Origin: Octopus vulgaris
Taxonomy: Eukaryota
Assembly (NCBI GenBank): GCA_951406725.2
Contig: OX597843.1
Span: 5,084,001 to 5,148,000, forward strand
Direction: 5' to 3'
Length of the DNA: 64,000 nucleotides
The stretch's first letter is position 1, and every line of letters starts with the position of its first letter. Made by a program: the position numbers and the translations under genes. Shown here piece after piece: positions 25,557 through 38,572 of the stretch. The notes under the pieces were generated by a model that had not been told where the DNA came from, ran no database searches, and worked only from the letters and a program-made list of their open reading frames with translations.

Positions 25557-25844
25557 CGTATTGTTCCCATTTGCTAAGTGTTTCTAGTTTCTGTTAAGCT
25601 GCTGCTCTGGATTGGAGATTCGGTGTATTGCGGTAAATGTTGCTCCAGTGATTTTGATCTTTCATCTTTTGGTGTTGATTTGCATCTCCCGTATCTGCTA
25701 TTCCACTTTTTCATAATCTTTTTAATAAAGTTATTTGTGTCATACTCTTTACAAGTTCCCCCGATTATATTCTCTCCTGACCAAGACTGTCTCATCTATT
25801 TCAACTTGTTGTTATACTCTTCCATGGATCTTTCCCCTTTCCTC

Positions 25845-26530
25845 TGTTTAATTCCAGGCCTTATCACATTCCTTTTTAAGCTGCCCCAAATCGTGTCAAT
25901 ATGTTGTGTATGAATAGATGGGTTTGCTGGGTCTACAAAGTTCTGGCTATGATTTATTTGAAAATGCATGTAACCTAAACTAGGTGGCCTATTATATACA
26001 GGCCAACAATCGCTATATACAGTTGAACCTTGATGAATGTGGCGTCTGATTAATGGAATTAGTGTGGAAGAATCACATCTTTGAATTTCACCACATTCCG
26101 ATGTCAGGGGTATCAAAAAATCTTTCTTGGAATCCCTTTCTATTCCGCCAAAAAGTCTCATCCGATTGTTTTCTCGTAACGAAGACTGTCTCATCTATTT
26201 CAACTGCGATCCCTAGCCCTCCAATTTCTGCTTGGGAATTTTCGACACAAGGAAGGCAAACTTCAGAACAGAAAGATCTCCCATCAACTGACGTAGCAAG
26301 CGATGTGTCTAAATATTCTATAACAGCTTGATGCGACCAACCTTCTGTTAGGAAATGATTTATGTACAAAAGAACTTTCCATGAGGGTAACCGACTCTCC
26401 TCCAAAAAGGTGTTCTTAAAGATGGAAACTGATAAACCACATTCTGTCTCCTACGACGAACCATCTTCCTACAAAGAAATATATTTGTTCCATTTCGCAG
26501 AACACACGGTGAATTGCATGTTGGGATTCC
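25845..26530 (-). pseudogene. Merlin/IS1595-like transposase, longest piece (part of the N-terminus through the DDE core)
   Basis: SRLPSWKVLLYINHFL...EIGGLGIAVEIDETVF...LFGGIER...SDCW...NHSQNFVDP. Confidence 0.9.
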
Positions 26531-27029
26531 GTCTCATTATGAAACAAAAATCTCTTGAAATATTTTGGAGAGGTTTTTGAAAATTTTTCCAGAGATACTT
26601 CTGGAACCCCCCGACCGCATTTAGAAAGAGGGTTTTGAGTGTGTGTGACATGTACTATTTTTTTGTGTGTCGGTGGTGTAGTGTTTGGATGGTTGATCAG
26701 TTTAATGTCATCTTCACAGATGTTTGTGTGAGATGCGATGTAATTCATTAGTTTTGTAATTAGGTACATAGCTGTCAGAATATGTTTTTTTGTGGTATCG
26801 TTGCTGGTTTGATTGTGTAAGGGGATTTCAGGGTTTACATATCTCCCTGCTTTCGTTGCATTTGCCTTTTTTCTTTTACTCCCGGTGGCTATTTGCCATT
26901 CTGTTGTGCTTTCATCGTTGGACGATAAGTCTGACGAATGAGAAGGGGGGTAAGGCCAAGGCATGTGGGTCCGTTTATATTGCTGTGGTGTGTGTGGGTG
27001 TTTGTTGTTGGGGGATCGGGTGTAGTAAT

Positions 27030-27780
27030 TGTCCCTTGACCACTACATACAATTTGTGGTCTTCAGAAAGATGTATATGGGTGGGTATTTTATTTATGGA
27101 GTCTTGATTAATGTGGAGAAGAATCTCCAGTCTCTTTCCCAGCCAGATTTTCTGTTCTGAAACAACAATTCGTAGGATATTCGCAGCTTGCAATAAAAAC
27201 CCATGAATTCTTTTGGGAGTAGGGCGAAAAGCCTGCATGAATTGATATCTAGCAACATATTGCTTTAAGAAACACGGTTTAATTCCAGGCCTTATCACAT
27301 TCCTTTTTAAGCTGCCCCGAAATCGTTCTATTGTTTGTGTATGAATAGATGGGTTTGCTGGGTCTACGATGTTCTGGCTATGATTTATCTGAAAATGCGT
27401 GTAACCTAAACTAGGTGGCCTATTATATACAGGCCAACAATCGCTATATACAGTTTAACCTTGATGAATGTGGCGTCTGATTAATGGAATCAGTGTGGAA
27501 GAATCATGTCTTGGAATTTCACGACAAAGGGTAACAATACAAGCTTTGTTCATTTTTCCTGCGGCTCTTCTTTTGCAATCCCTTTTAAGATGTGCTTCAC
27601 TGCCACATATATAGCAGTGTGGTCCTCTTCCCTCGACCACTACATACAATTTGTGGTCTTCCGAAAGATGTATATGGGTGGGTATTTTATTTATGCAGTC
27701 TTGATTAATGTGGATAAGAATCTCGTCTCTTTCCCAGCCAGTTTTTCTGTTCTGAAACTGCAATTTGTAGGATATTTACA
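27030..27780 (-). pseudogene. Interleaved LINE ORF1 zinc-knuckle pieces (27030-27165, 27530-27780) and Merlin C-terminal piece (27168-27522)
   Basis: Chimeric ORFs 26975..27298 and 27455..27763 (GRGPHCYICGSEAHLKRDC fused to EIPRHDSSTLIPLIRRHI). Confidence 0.8.
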
Positions 27781-28054
27781 TTTTGCAAGTGTTGGCAGAA
27801 TCTTTTGTAATAAATTTTGGGCCCCCTGCAGGGTGACCCGTGGAACCAGCATGGATTTTCTTAACACTATAATGAAACAGATCTATTACTTCCAAAATTC
27901 ATTTACCTAACATAGGTATGGGTTCCATCTCATAATGAAACAACTCTATCTTCACAGCCAGGTGTAAACAACTGTTGCCTTTTTTGGCAGACTCTATTGA
28001 GACAAAATGTGGGCCCCCTTGAAGGTAACCCCTGGACCCAGCATGGAGTTTCTC

Positions 28055-28350
28055 CCAGCAATTTGTAGGATATTTACATCCTCCATTTCAAAACATATGG
28101 CCGATGCTACCCATTGTGTGTATGCTAGTTGCGGAACATTCTTGATTATGACTTTTGTTACTCTCTGACCAAGGTTACTGGGTATCATTATTAGGTCGTC
28201 TGAATGAAGATTTTTAGCGTTGACAATTGTTTTGCTAAATCTTCATTTTTAAATACTACTTGTACATGTGCAAACTTGCTCCACCAAGTCACATATTCTT
28301 TACATCCACAGATAAGGTGAAGGCATTTTTCAATTTTGTCAGCAATACAC
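28055..28350 (-). pseudogene. LINE (L1/Tx1-like) ORF1 RRM-like fragment
   Basis: VVFKNEDLAKQL...LIMIPSNLGQRVTKVIIKNVPQLAYTQWVASAICFEM; upstream part of the same protein as the zinc-knuckle pieces. Confidence 0.55.
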
Positions 28351-28385
28351 CAGAAAATACAAAACTAATAAATTACTTTCAAAAT

Positions 28386-29340
28386 TCATTTACCTGACAT
28401 AGGTATGGGTTCCATCTCATAATGAAACAACTCTATCTTCGCAGCCAGGTGTAAACAACTGTTGCCTTTGTTGGCAGACCCTTTTGAAATAAATTGTGGG
28501 CCCCCTCCAAGGTGACCCCTGGACCCAGCATGGATTTTCTTAACACCGGAATGAAACAACTCTATCTTCACAGCAAGGTGTAAACAACTGTTGCCTTTGT
28601 TGGCAGACCCTTTTGAAATAAATTGTGGGCCCCCTCCAAGGTGACCCCTGGACCCAGCATGGATTTTCTTAACACCGGAATGAAACAACTCTATCTTCAC
28701 AGCCAGGTGTAAACAACTGTTGCCTTTGTTGGCAGACCCTTTTGAAATAAATTGTGGGCCCCCTCCAAGGTGACCCCTGGACCCAGCATGGATTTTCTTA
28801 ACACCGGAATGAAACAACTCTATTTTCACAGCCAGGTGTAAACAACTGTTGCCTTTGTTGGCAGACCCTTTTGAAATAAATTGTGGGCCTCCTCCAAGGT
28901 GACCCCTGGACCCAGCATGGATTTTCTTAACACCGGAATGAAACAACTCTATCTTCAGAGCAAGGTGTAAACAACTGTTGCCTTTGTTGGCAGACCCTTT
29001 TGAAATAAATTATGGGACCCCTCCAAGGTGACCCCTGGACCCAGCATGGATTTTCTTAACACCGGAATGAAACAACTCTATCTTCACGGCAAGGTGTAAA
29101 CAACTGTTGCCTTTGTTGGCAGACCCTTTTGAAATAAATTGTGGGCCCCCTCCAAGGTGACCCCTGGACCCAGCATGGATTTTCTTAACACCAGAATGAA
29201 ACAACTCTATTTTCATAAGAAGGTGGAAAGAACTTTTGCAAGTATTGGCAGACCCTTTTGAAATAAAATTGTGGGTCTTCTCCAAGGTGACCCTTACCCA
29301 GCATGGATTTTCTTAACACCATAACAACGCAAATCAACCT
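28386..29340. repeat. 129-bp tandem array B, ~7 copies
   Basis: Same unit and same left flank (aattactttcaaaattcatttacctgacatagg) as array A. Confidence 0.95.
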
Positions 29341-29399
29341 TCATCGCAAGCCTGCATAAATTGATATCTAGCAACATATTGCTTTAAGAAACATGGTTT

Positions 29400-29856
29400 C
29401 AACTGCAATCCCTAGCCCTCCAATTTCTGCTTGGGAATTTTCGACCCAATGAAGGCAAACTTCAGAACAGAAAGATCTCCCATCAACTGACGTAGCAAGC
29501 GATGTGTCTAAATATTCTATAACAGCTTGATGCGACCAACCTTCTGTTAGGAAATGATTTATATATAAAAGAACTTTCTATGAGGGTAACCGACTCCGCT
29601 CCAAAAGGGTGTTCTTAAAGATGGAAACTGAAAAACCACATTCTGTTGCCCTTTGTCTCCTACGACGAACCATCTTCCTACAACGAAATATATTTTTTCC
29701 ATTTCGCAGAACACACGGTGAATTGCATGTTGGGCAATTCACATTTCTTGGGATTACCCCATGTTCGCGAAAAAATTCTGATGCCGAGTCATCTTTATAT
29801 TGAAATCTAGAAACCCCTTCATATAACGTTAATTCATACGCAATGCACGCTGTCAT
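29400..29856 (-). pseudogene. Merlin transposase N-terminus with zinc ribbon
   Basis: MTACIAY...EFFREHGVIPRNVNCPTC...IFRCRK...ECGFSVSIFKNT.LERSRL. Confidence 0.85.
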
Positions 29857-32800
29857 GACGCAGGTCTAAGTGATCGAAGCCGTGCATCCTGTGGTGTGGG
29901 TAACAATGCAAGCTTTGTTCTTTTTCGCTGCGTCTCTTTTGCGGCAGATTTGCAACCCCTTTTGAGGTGTGCTTCACTGCCGCATATGTAGCAGCGTGGT
30001 CCTCTGCCCTCGACGACCACATACAACTTGTGGTCCTCTGATATATATATCCGAGTGGGTATTTTCTTGATGTCCTCTTGGTTTATATGTAGTAAAAATT
30101 CTACTTTTTTTCCCACCCAGTTTTTGTGCTCCGTGACCGTAGTTTCTAAAACTGTGAAATCTTCCATTTTCACACACAAGGCCTTTACTAGCCATAGATT
30201 GTTGGCGTGGAGAGGGTAGTTGAACTGTCGACTAACCTCCGACGTCTGACATCTACCAATAAATCAAAGTTATTTAGAAAATCCGCACCTAAAATAGGAT
30301 GCGGAATGTCAGCAATGACAAAAACCCACTGAAAATCTCGACGAAGATTTATGTCAAGGCGTAACGAGATCTGACCGAATGTGGCTATTGGTGACGAGTC
30401 AATAGCGTGCAAGGTAACGTTAGATCGTTTTGGCTTGTCGGTTGTGAGACGCAGAGGCCAAATGCTGCAGCAAGAACCAGTGTCCACCATGAAGTATTTC
30501 TTCGACACTAGATCCTTAACGAAAAATGCACGATAACTAGAAAATGATGTGGAGGAGGTTGACGTGCAAATGATGTGGAGGTGGTTGAACGGCAAATTCA
30601 ACCATTTTATCTGCCATAGTTGCTATCTGGTCCACGGAATTGGACTCTAAAGCGGTTGCCAAAACAGTTTGTATCTATGCGGGCAACCTTCTATAACAGC
30701 TTGAAGCGACCAACTTTCTGTTAGGAAATGATTTATGTATAAAAGAACGTTCCATGAGGGTAACCGACTCTGCTCCACAAAGGTATTCTTAAAGATGGAA
30801 ACTGAAAAACCACATTCTGTTGCCCTTTGTCTCCTACGACGAACCATCTTCCTACAACAAAATATATTTGTTCCATTTCGCAGAACACACGGTGAATTGC
30901 ATGTTGGGATTCCGTCTCATTATGAAACAAAAATCTCTTGAAACATTTTGGAGAGGTTTTAGAAAATTTTTTCCAGAGATACTTTTAGAACCCCCCGACC
31001 GCATTTGGAAAGAGGGTTTTAAGTGTGTGGTGGTGCTGCGTTTGTGTGACGTTTCTTCCAGCAATTTGTAGGATATTTACATCCTCCATTTCAAAACATA
31101 TGGCCGATGCTACCCATTGTGTGTTGGGCAATTCACATTTCTTGGGATTACCCCTGGACTCAGCATGGAGTTTCTCAACAAAGATTTTCTAGCAATTGAA
31201 AATGTTGGTCAATCTTCTTGTGTTGTATCCTTTGAAACATATTTCCATTCTCCCTGAATTCCCATTTCGCAGAACACCCGGTGAATTGCATGTTGGGCAA
31301 TTCACATTTCTTGGGATTACCCCATGTTCGCGAAAAAATTCTAATGCTGAGTCATCTTTATATTGAAATCTAGAAACCCCTTCATATAACGTTAATTCAT
31401 ACGCAATGCACGCTGTCATGACGCAGGTCTAAGTGATCGAAGCCGTGCATCCTGTGGTGTGGGTAACAATGCAAGCTTTGTTCTTTTTCTCTGCGACTCT
31501 TTTGCGGCAGATTTGCAATCCCTTTTATGGTGTGCTTCACTGCCGCATATGTAGCAGCGTGGTCCTCTGCTCTCGACGACCACGTACAACTTGTGGTCCT
31601 CTGATATACATATATATCCAGGTGGGTATTTTCTTTATGTCCTCTTGGTTTATATGTAGTAGAAATTCTACTTTTTTTCCCACCCAGTTTTTGTGCTCTG
31701 TGACCGTAGTTTCTAAAACTGTGAAATCTTCCATTTTCACACATAGGGCCTTTACTAGCCATAGATTGTTGGCGTGGAGAGGGTAGTTGAACTGTCGACT
31801 AACCTCCGATGTCTGACATCTACCAATAAATCAAAGTTATTTAGAAAATCCGCACCTAAAATAGGATGCGGAATGTCAGCAATGACAAAAACCCACTGAA
31901 AGTCTCGACGAAGATTTATGTCAAGGCGTAACGAGATCTGACCGAATGTGGCTATTGGTGACGAGTCAATAGCGTGCAAGGTAACGTTAGATCGTTTTGG
32001 CTTGTCGGTTGTGAGACGCAGAGGCCAAATGCTGCAGCAAGAACCAGTGTCCACCATGAAGTATTTCTTCGACACTAGATCCTTAACGAAAAATGCACGA
32101 TAACTAGAAAATGATGTGGAGGAGGTTGACGTGCTCAACTCCTCCGAAGCTTCTTTAAATCTTTATAGGTGCATGGCGGTATGCACCTATGTGCTTTCTC
32201 TCCAAATTTGGAGTGATACCAACACAGTCCGGACTTTGACTGTGTGGTACGTGATGATGAACGGCTGCGACTCCGCGATCTTGAAAATCGCTTGCCATCG
32301 CGTCCATTCTTTTGGTGAGGGTTTCTATTTGTTTAGAAAATCCCTCAATTGAGGCTGAAGAAGTTTGTGAGGAGACACAAGCAGACCGTGACGGTTGTTG
32401 CACGGCAAATTCAACCATTTTATCTACCATAGTTGCTATCTGGTCCACGGTATTGGACTCTAAAGCGGTTGCCAAAACAGTTTGTATATATGCGGGCAAC
32501 CTTCTATAACAGCTTGATGCGACCAACCTTCTGTTAGGAAATGATTTATGTATAAAAGAACTTTCCATGAGGGTAACCGACTCTGCTCCAGAAAGGTGTT
32601 CTTAAAGATGGAAACTGAAAAACCACATTCTGTCTCCTACGACGAGCCATCTTCCTACAAAGAAATATATTTGTTCCATTTCGCAGAACACACGGTGAAT
32701 TGCATGTTGGGATTCCGTCTCATTATGAAACAAAAATCTCTTGAAATACTTTGGAGAGGTTTTAGAAAATTTTTTCCAGAGATACTTCTGGAACCCCCCG

Positions 32801-35800
32801 ACCGCATTTGGAAAGAGGGTTTTAAGTGTGTGGTGGTGCTGCGTTTGTGTGACGTTTCTTCCAGCAATTTGTAGGATATTTACATCCTCCATTTCAAAAC
32901 ATATGGCCGATGCTACCCATTGTGTGTTGGGCAATTCACATTTCTTGGGATTACCCCTGGACTCAACATGGAGTTTCTCAACAAAGATTTTCTAGCAATT
33001 GAAAATGTTGGTCAATCTTCTTGTGTTGTATCCTTTGAAACATATTTCCATTCTCCCTGAATTCCCATTTCGCAGAACACCCGGTGAATTGCATGTTGGG
33101 CAATTCACATTTCTTGGGATTACCCCATGTTCGCGAAAAAATTCTAATGCCGAGTCATCTTTATATTGAAATCTAGAAACCCCTTCATATAACGTTAATT
33201 CATACGCAATGCACGCTGTCATGACGCAGATTTAAGTGATCGAAGCCATGCATCCTGTGGTGTGGGTAACAATGCAAGCTTTGATCTTTTTCGCTGCGAC
33301 TCTTTTGCGGCAGATTTGCAATCCCTTTTGAGGTGTGCTTCACTGCCGCATATGTAGCAGCGTGGTCCTCTGCCCTCGACGACCACATACAACTTGTGGT
33401 CCTCTGATATATATATCCGAGTGGGTATTTTCTTTATGTCCTCTTGGTTTATATGTAGTAAAAATTCTACTTTTTTTCCCACCCAGTTTTTGTGCTCCGT
33501 GACCGTAGTTTCTAAAACTGTGAAATCTTCCATTTTCACACATAGGGCCTTTACTAGCCATAGATTGTTGGCTTGGAGAGTGTAGTTGAACTGTCGACTA
33601 ACCTCCGACGTCTGACATCTACCAATAAATCAAAGTTATTTAGAAAATCCGTACCTAAAATAGGATGCGGAATGTCAGCAATGACAAAAACCCACTGAAA
33701 GTCTCGACGAAGATTTATGTCAAGGCGTAACGAGATCTGACCGAATGTGGCTATTGGTGACGAGTCAATAGCGTGCAAGGTAACATTAGATCGTTTTGGC
33801 GTGTCGCTTGTGAGACGCAGAGGCCAAATGCTGCAGCAAGAACTAGTGTCCACCATGAAGTATTTCTTCGACACTAGATCCTTAACGAAAAATGCACGAT
33901 AACTAGAAAATGATGTGGAGGAGGTTGACATGCTCAACTCCTCCGAAGCTAGTTTAAATCTTTATAGGTGCATGGCTGTATGCACCTATGTGCTTTCTCT
34001 CCAAATTTGGAGTGATACCAACACAGTCCGGACTTTGACTGTGTGGTACGTGATGATGAACGGCTGCGACTCCGCGATCTTGAAAATCGCTTGCCATCGC
34101 GACACATCACGTCCATCTTTTTGGTGAGACTTAATATTTGTTTAGAAAGTCCCTCAATTGAGGCTGAAGAAGTTTGCGAGCAGACACGAGCAGACCGTGA
34201 CGGTGGTTGAACGGCAAATTCAACCATTTTATTTGCCATAGTTGCTATCTGGTCCACGGAATTGGACTCTAAAGCGGTTGCCAAAACAGTTTGTATATAT
34301 GCGGGCAACCTTCTATAACAGCTTGATGCGACCAACCTTCTGTTAGGAAATGATTTATGTATAAAAGAACTTTCCATGAGGGTAACCGACTCCGCTCCAC
34401 AAAGGTGTTCTTAAAGATGGAAACTGAAAAACCACATTCTGTCTCCTACGACGAACCATCTTCCTACAACGAAATATATTTGTTCCATTTCGCAGAACAC
34501 ACGGTGAATTGCATGTTGGGATTCCGTCTCATTATGAAACAAAAATCTCTTGAAATATTTTGGAGAGGTTTTAGAAAATTTTTTCCAGAGATACTTCTGG
34601 AACCCCCCGACCGCATTTGGAAAGAGGGTTTTAAGTGTGTGGTGGTACTGCGTTTGTGTGACGTTTCTTTCAGCAATTTGTAGGATATTTACATCCTCCA
34701 TTTCAAAACATATGGCCGATGCTACCCATTGTGTGTTGGGCAATTCACATTTCTTGGGATTACCCCTGGACTCAGCATGGAGTTTCTCAACAAAGATTTT
34801 CTAGCAATTGAAAATGTTGGTCAATCTTCTTGTGTTGTATCCTTTGGAACATATTTCCATTCTCCCTGAATTCCCATTTCGCAGAACACCCGGTGAATTG
34901 CATGTTGGGCAATTCACATTTCTTGGGATTACCCCATGTTCGCGAAAAAATTCTAATGCCGAGTCATCTTTATATTGAAATCTAGAAACCCCTTCATATA
35001 ACGTTAATTCATACGCAATGCACGCTGTCATGACGCAGGTCTAAGTGATCGAAGCCGTGCATCCTGTGGTGTGGGTAACAATGCAAGCTTTGTTCTTTTT
35101 CTCTGCGACTCTTTTGCGGCAGATTTGCAACCCCTTTTAAGGTGTGCTTCACTGCCGCATATGTAGCAGCGTGGTCCTCTGCCCTCGACGACCACGTACA
35201 ACTTGTGGTCCTCTGATATATATATCCGAGTGGGTATTTTCTTTATGTCCTCTTGGTTTATATGTAGTAGAAATTCTACTTTTTTTCCCACCCAGTTTTT
35301 GTGCTCTGTGACCGTAGTTTCTAAAACTGTGAAATCTTCCATTTTCACACATAGGGCCTTTACTAGCCATAGATTGTTGGCTTGGAGAGTGGAGTTGAAC
35401 TGTCGACTAACCTCCGACGTCTGACATCTACCAATAAATCAAAGTTATTTAGAAAATCCGCACCTAAAATAGGATGCGGAATGTCAGCAATGACAAAAAC
35501 CCACTGAAAATCTCAACGAAGATTTATGTCAAGGCGTAACGAGATCTGACCGAATGTGGCTATTGGTGACGAGTCAATAGCGTGCAAGGTAACGTTAGAT
35601 CGTTTTGGCTTGTCGGTTGTGAGACGCAGAGGCCAAATGCTGCAGCAAGAACCAGTGTCCACCATGAAGTATTTCTTCGACACTAGATCCTTAACGAAAA
35701 ATGCACGATAACTAGAAAATGATGTGGAGGAGGTTGACGTGCTCAACTCCTCCGAAGCTAGTTTAAATCTTTATAGGTGCATGACTGTATGCACCTATGT

Positions 35801-36110
35801 GCTTTCTCTCCAAATTTGGAGTGATACCAACACAGTCCGGACTTTGACTGTGTGGTACGTGATGATGAACGGCTGCAACTCCGCGATCTTGAAAATCGCT
35901 TGCCATCGCGTCCATCCTTTTGGTGAGGGTTTCTATTTGTTTAGAAAGTCCCTCAATTGAGGCTGAAGAAGCTTGTGAGCAGACACAAGCAGATCGTGAC
36001 GATGGTTGAACGGCAAATTCAACTGTTTTATCCGCCACTGTTGCTATCTGGTCCACGGTATTGGACTCTAAAGCGGTTGCCAAAACAGTTTGTATATATG
36101 CGGGCAACCT
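29690..36110 (-). repeat. ~1.8-kb composite tandem unit (Merlin N-terminus, LINE ORF1 knuckle, Gypsy protease/gag, unknown pieces), ~4 copies
   Basis: Equivalent ORFs at 31189, 32992 and 34801 (spacings 1803 and 1809). Protease copies end at 30188, 31755, 33554 and ~35363. The first unit is internally deleted. Confidence 0.93.
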
Positions 36111-36480
36111 TGAAAAAAAAATTTTTGGAAGAAGAGGAGCGTCAGCAGCCTTACCACTCAACTCTCTTAGGCGTCTCAAAAATTCAGACGGAGTCCTATC
36201 TCCCAACTCCTCATCCGCCATCAATTCATTGAAGCGACTTTCCTCGCTTCTAGTATTTCTCTTCTCCACTTCTAATCTAACAGACGCATAAGTGGCGTCT
36301 GGAGAAGGATCCGTAATAAGATCTCTGGTAGTAGTTGCAAGTTGAGGAGGCATGCAACTATAAAGAGTTTGCAACTGCTGATCAGAAGAAACACTATGTG
36401 CACCAAAATAAGCCTCAAGTTGTGCAAACCAAAGTGCAGCATCACCCGTGGAAATAGGTAATGATGCCAAAGACATGTTC
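35370..36480 (-). pseudogene. Gypsy LTR retrotransposon gag plus aspartic protease, without RT/IN/LTR; source of the amplified pieces
   Basis: LWFAQLEAYF, ELGDRTPSEFLRRLREL, CWYHSKFGEKAHRC (copy at 33949), FMVDTGS, ILGADFL. Confidence 0.88.
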
Positions 36481-36859
36481 CCTTTTTTATTTTAACTAGA
36501 TGATTCTGTCAACGGAAAGGTAAATGACAATGAATCAAAGTTGAACAGGGGTGGGAAATTTTTTGCCTAATTTGCCCCATGACGGATGCGGCGTAGACAG
36601 AGGTGATCGAAGGATTGTAGTCGCTTAATATCTTCCACCCTCATCGGCCATGACTCGCTGCTGTAAAGGAGAATCGTTTGCCCTACTGCTCGGTAGATCT
36701 GTATTTTTGTGGTCCGTCAGATTGGCGGCTTCAACCTGTCCTGTCCCTGCGTCTGTGGAAAAATCTACGGCAAACAAGACGTTCTCCCAACAGGGATATA
36801 CTTGCGGCTGGGGACCGCTAGCGAACTTCCTATTCCCAAGATCCTTCAAACATTCCTCC

Positions 36860-37000
36860 TGTTAAACCAGTGAACGATGGTTTTGTCTGTAGGTGAATCT
36901 TGTCCATGAGTTTGCCAAAAATGACTTTGCCCTGAAACCACTGACTTCAACTCAGCGTGCCACTACACACACACTGTGCTCCCTGCTCTACAGTCGCCAT
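36860..37000 (-). pseudogene. Tc1/mariner-type transposase N-terminal HTH fragment
   Basis: MATVEQGAQCV/WHAELKSVVSGQSHFWQTHGQDSPTDKTIVHWFN (one frameshift). Confidence 0.55.
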
Positions 37001-37115
37001 GATCGCTGTGGAGCGACTGACCAGGTGTTCACGCAAAGGGGTCTCTCCATGCATCCACTAATTTCCAGAATAACACAGCAATACACCAGAAAATATAAAT
37101 TCCCAGAAAATTGTT

Positions 37116-37660
37116 TCATTTACCTGACATAGGTATGGGTTCCATCTCATAATGAAACAAATCTATTTTCATAGCAAGGTGCAAACAACTATTGCCTTTA
37201 TCGGCAGAACCGTTTGAAATAAATTGTGGGCCCTCTCCAAGGTGACCCCTGGACCCAGCATGGATTTTCTTGACACCGTAACGAAACAAATCTATTTTCA
37301 TCGCAAGGTGCAAACAATTATTGCCTTTATCGGCAAAATCTTTTGAAATAAATTGTGGGCCCTCTCAAAGGTGACCCCTGGACCCAGCATGGATTTTCTT
37401 GAAGCCATAACGAAACAAATCTATTTTCATCGCAAGGTGCATACAATTATTGCCTTTATCGGCAAAATCTTTTGAAATAAATTGTGGGCCCTCTCAAAGG
37501 TGACCCCTGGACCCAGCATGGATTTTCTTGAAGCCATAACGAAACAAATCTATTTTCATCGCAAGGTGCAAACAATTATTGCCTTTATCGGCAGAACGTT
37601 TCGCAGTAAATTGTGGGCCCTCTCAAAGGTGCCTTTATCGGCAGAACCTTTTGGAATAAA
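37116..37660. repeat. 129-bp tandem array C (diverged variant), ~4 copies
   Basis: aaattgtgggccctctc.aaggtgacccctggacccagcatggattttc is repeated, and the array starts with the same tcatttacctgacatagg. Confidence 0.9.
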
Positions 37661-37769
37661 TTTTAGTGGAAATCTGATGGTGAGCTTAGATGAATCTCGT
37701 ATCCAAAAATGTTCCATGCTGCATAATTGGAGGATACATAATTACCCACAACGAATTGTTTAATTTCGT

Positions 37770-38572
37770 CATGTCTAAGGTCTTCATCACTGAACACAAA
37801 CACGGCCATATCATCACCCTTATTAATGTACTTGCAGAGCTATTGTATGCATCTCACCGAACTGCAGTACTCAACATTAATGTGTACATTAAGTGTTTTG
37901 GAAAGCAAAGGGTTGAATGGAACGATCCAGGCATTATCAACATCGAATGTTTTTAGCCGTTGTCTAATTGTAGCTGTGCGGCCACCCAAACCTGGGTCAC
38001 GCCTTCGGTAGATGGGATATCCGTCATTCGTAGTGCAGGTTTGACCGCAAAAGTCTCTAGGGTACCGCTTCAAACATCTTTTATTCTTCATGCATGGACT
38101 TCTCGGATTAAAGTCACCACATGGACCGTGAATCATATGCTTTGTCACACTGCTGTGCAGCTGAGGATCAGCATTTTGATCGGGCAACTCAGCAGATATA
38201 ATTCTGTCAATATCCACAGGGTGGATTCCATCCTGACACCGGGCTAGCATATGAACGTGTGGAAGACCTCTCTTCTGCCATTCCACAGTATACATCCAAG
38301 CAGACAGTGGGCCAAAAATATGCACAACCTTCAGTAAAAATTGCATTTTCATCAACTTGACATGAAAAACGTGCGCCACAATGTCGTGTCTGTGCTCTGG
38401 CAGCTGCCCAGCAAACACATTCTCTTTAATCTCTGGCCAGGTAGAATTGCAGGTAAATGTAATGAAGAGATCCGGCTTTCCAAACTTACTGAGGTATGTC
38501 ATTGCGTCCTGCATTCGTTTATTTCATATACCCAGGTGAGCCAAGAAATGTTGAAGGAAGAATAATACGCTT
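37770..38572 (-). pseudogene. Helitron Rep (HUH endonuclease) domain fragment
   Basis: KRIILPSTFLGSP, QDAM, PDLFITFTCN, VEWQKRGLPHVH, MIHGPCG, GYPIYRRR, HINVEYC..KYINKG. Confidence 0.95.
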
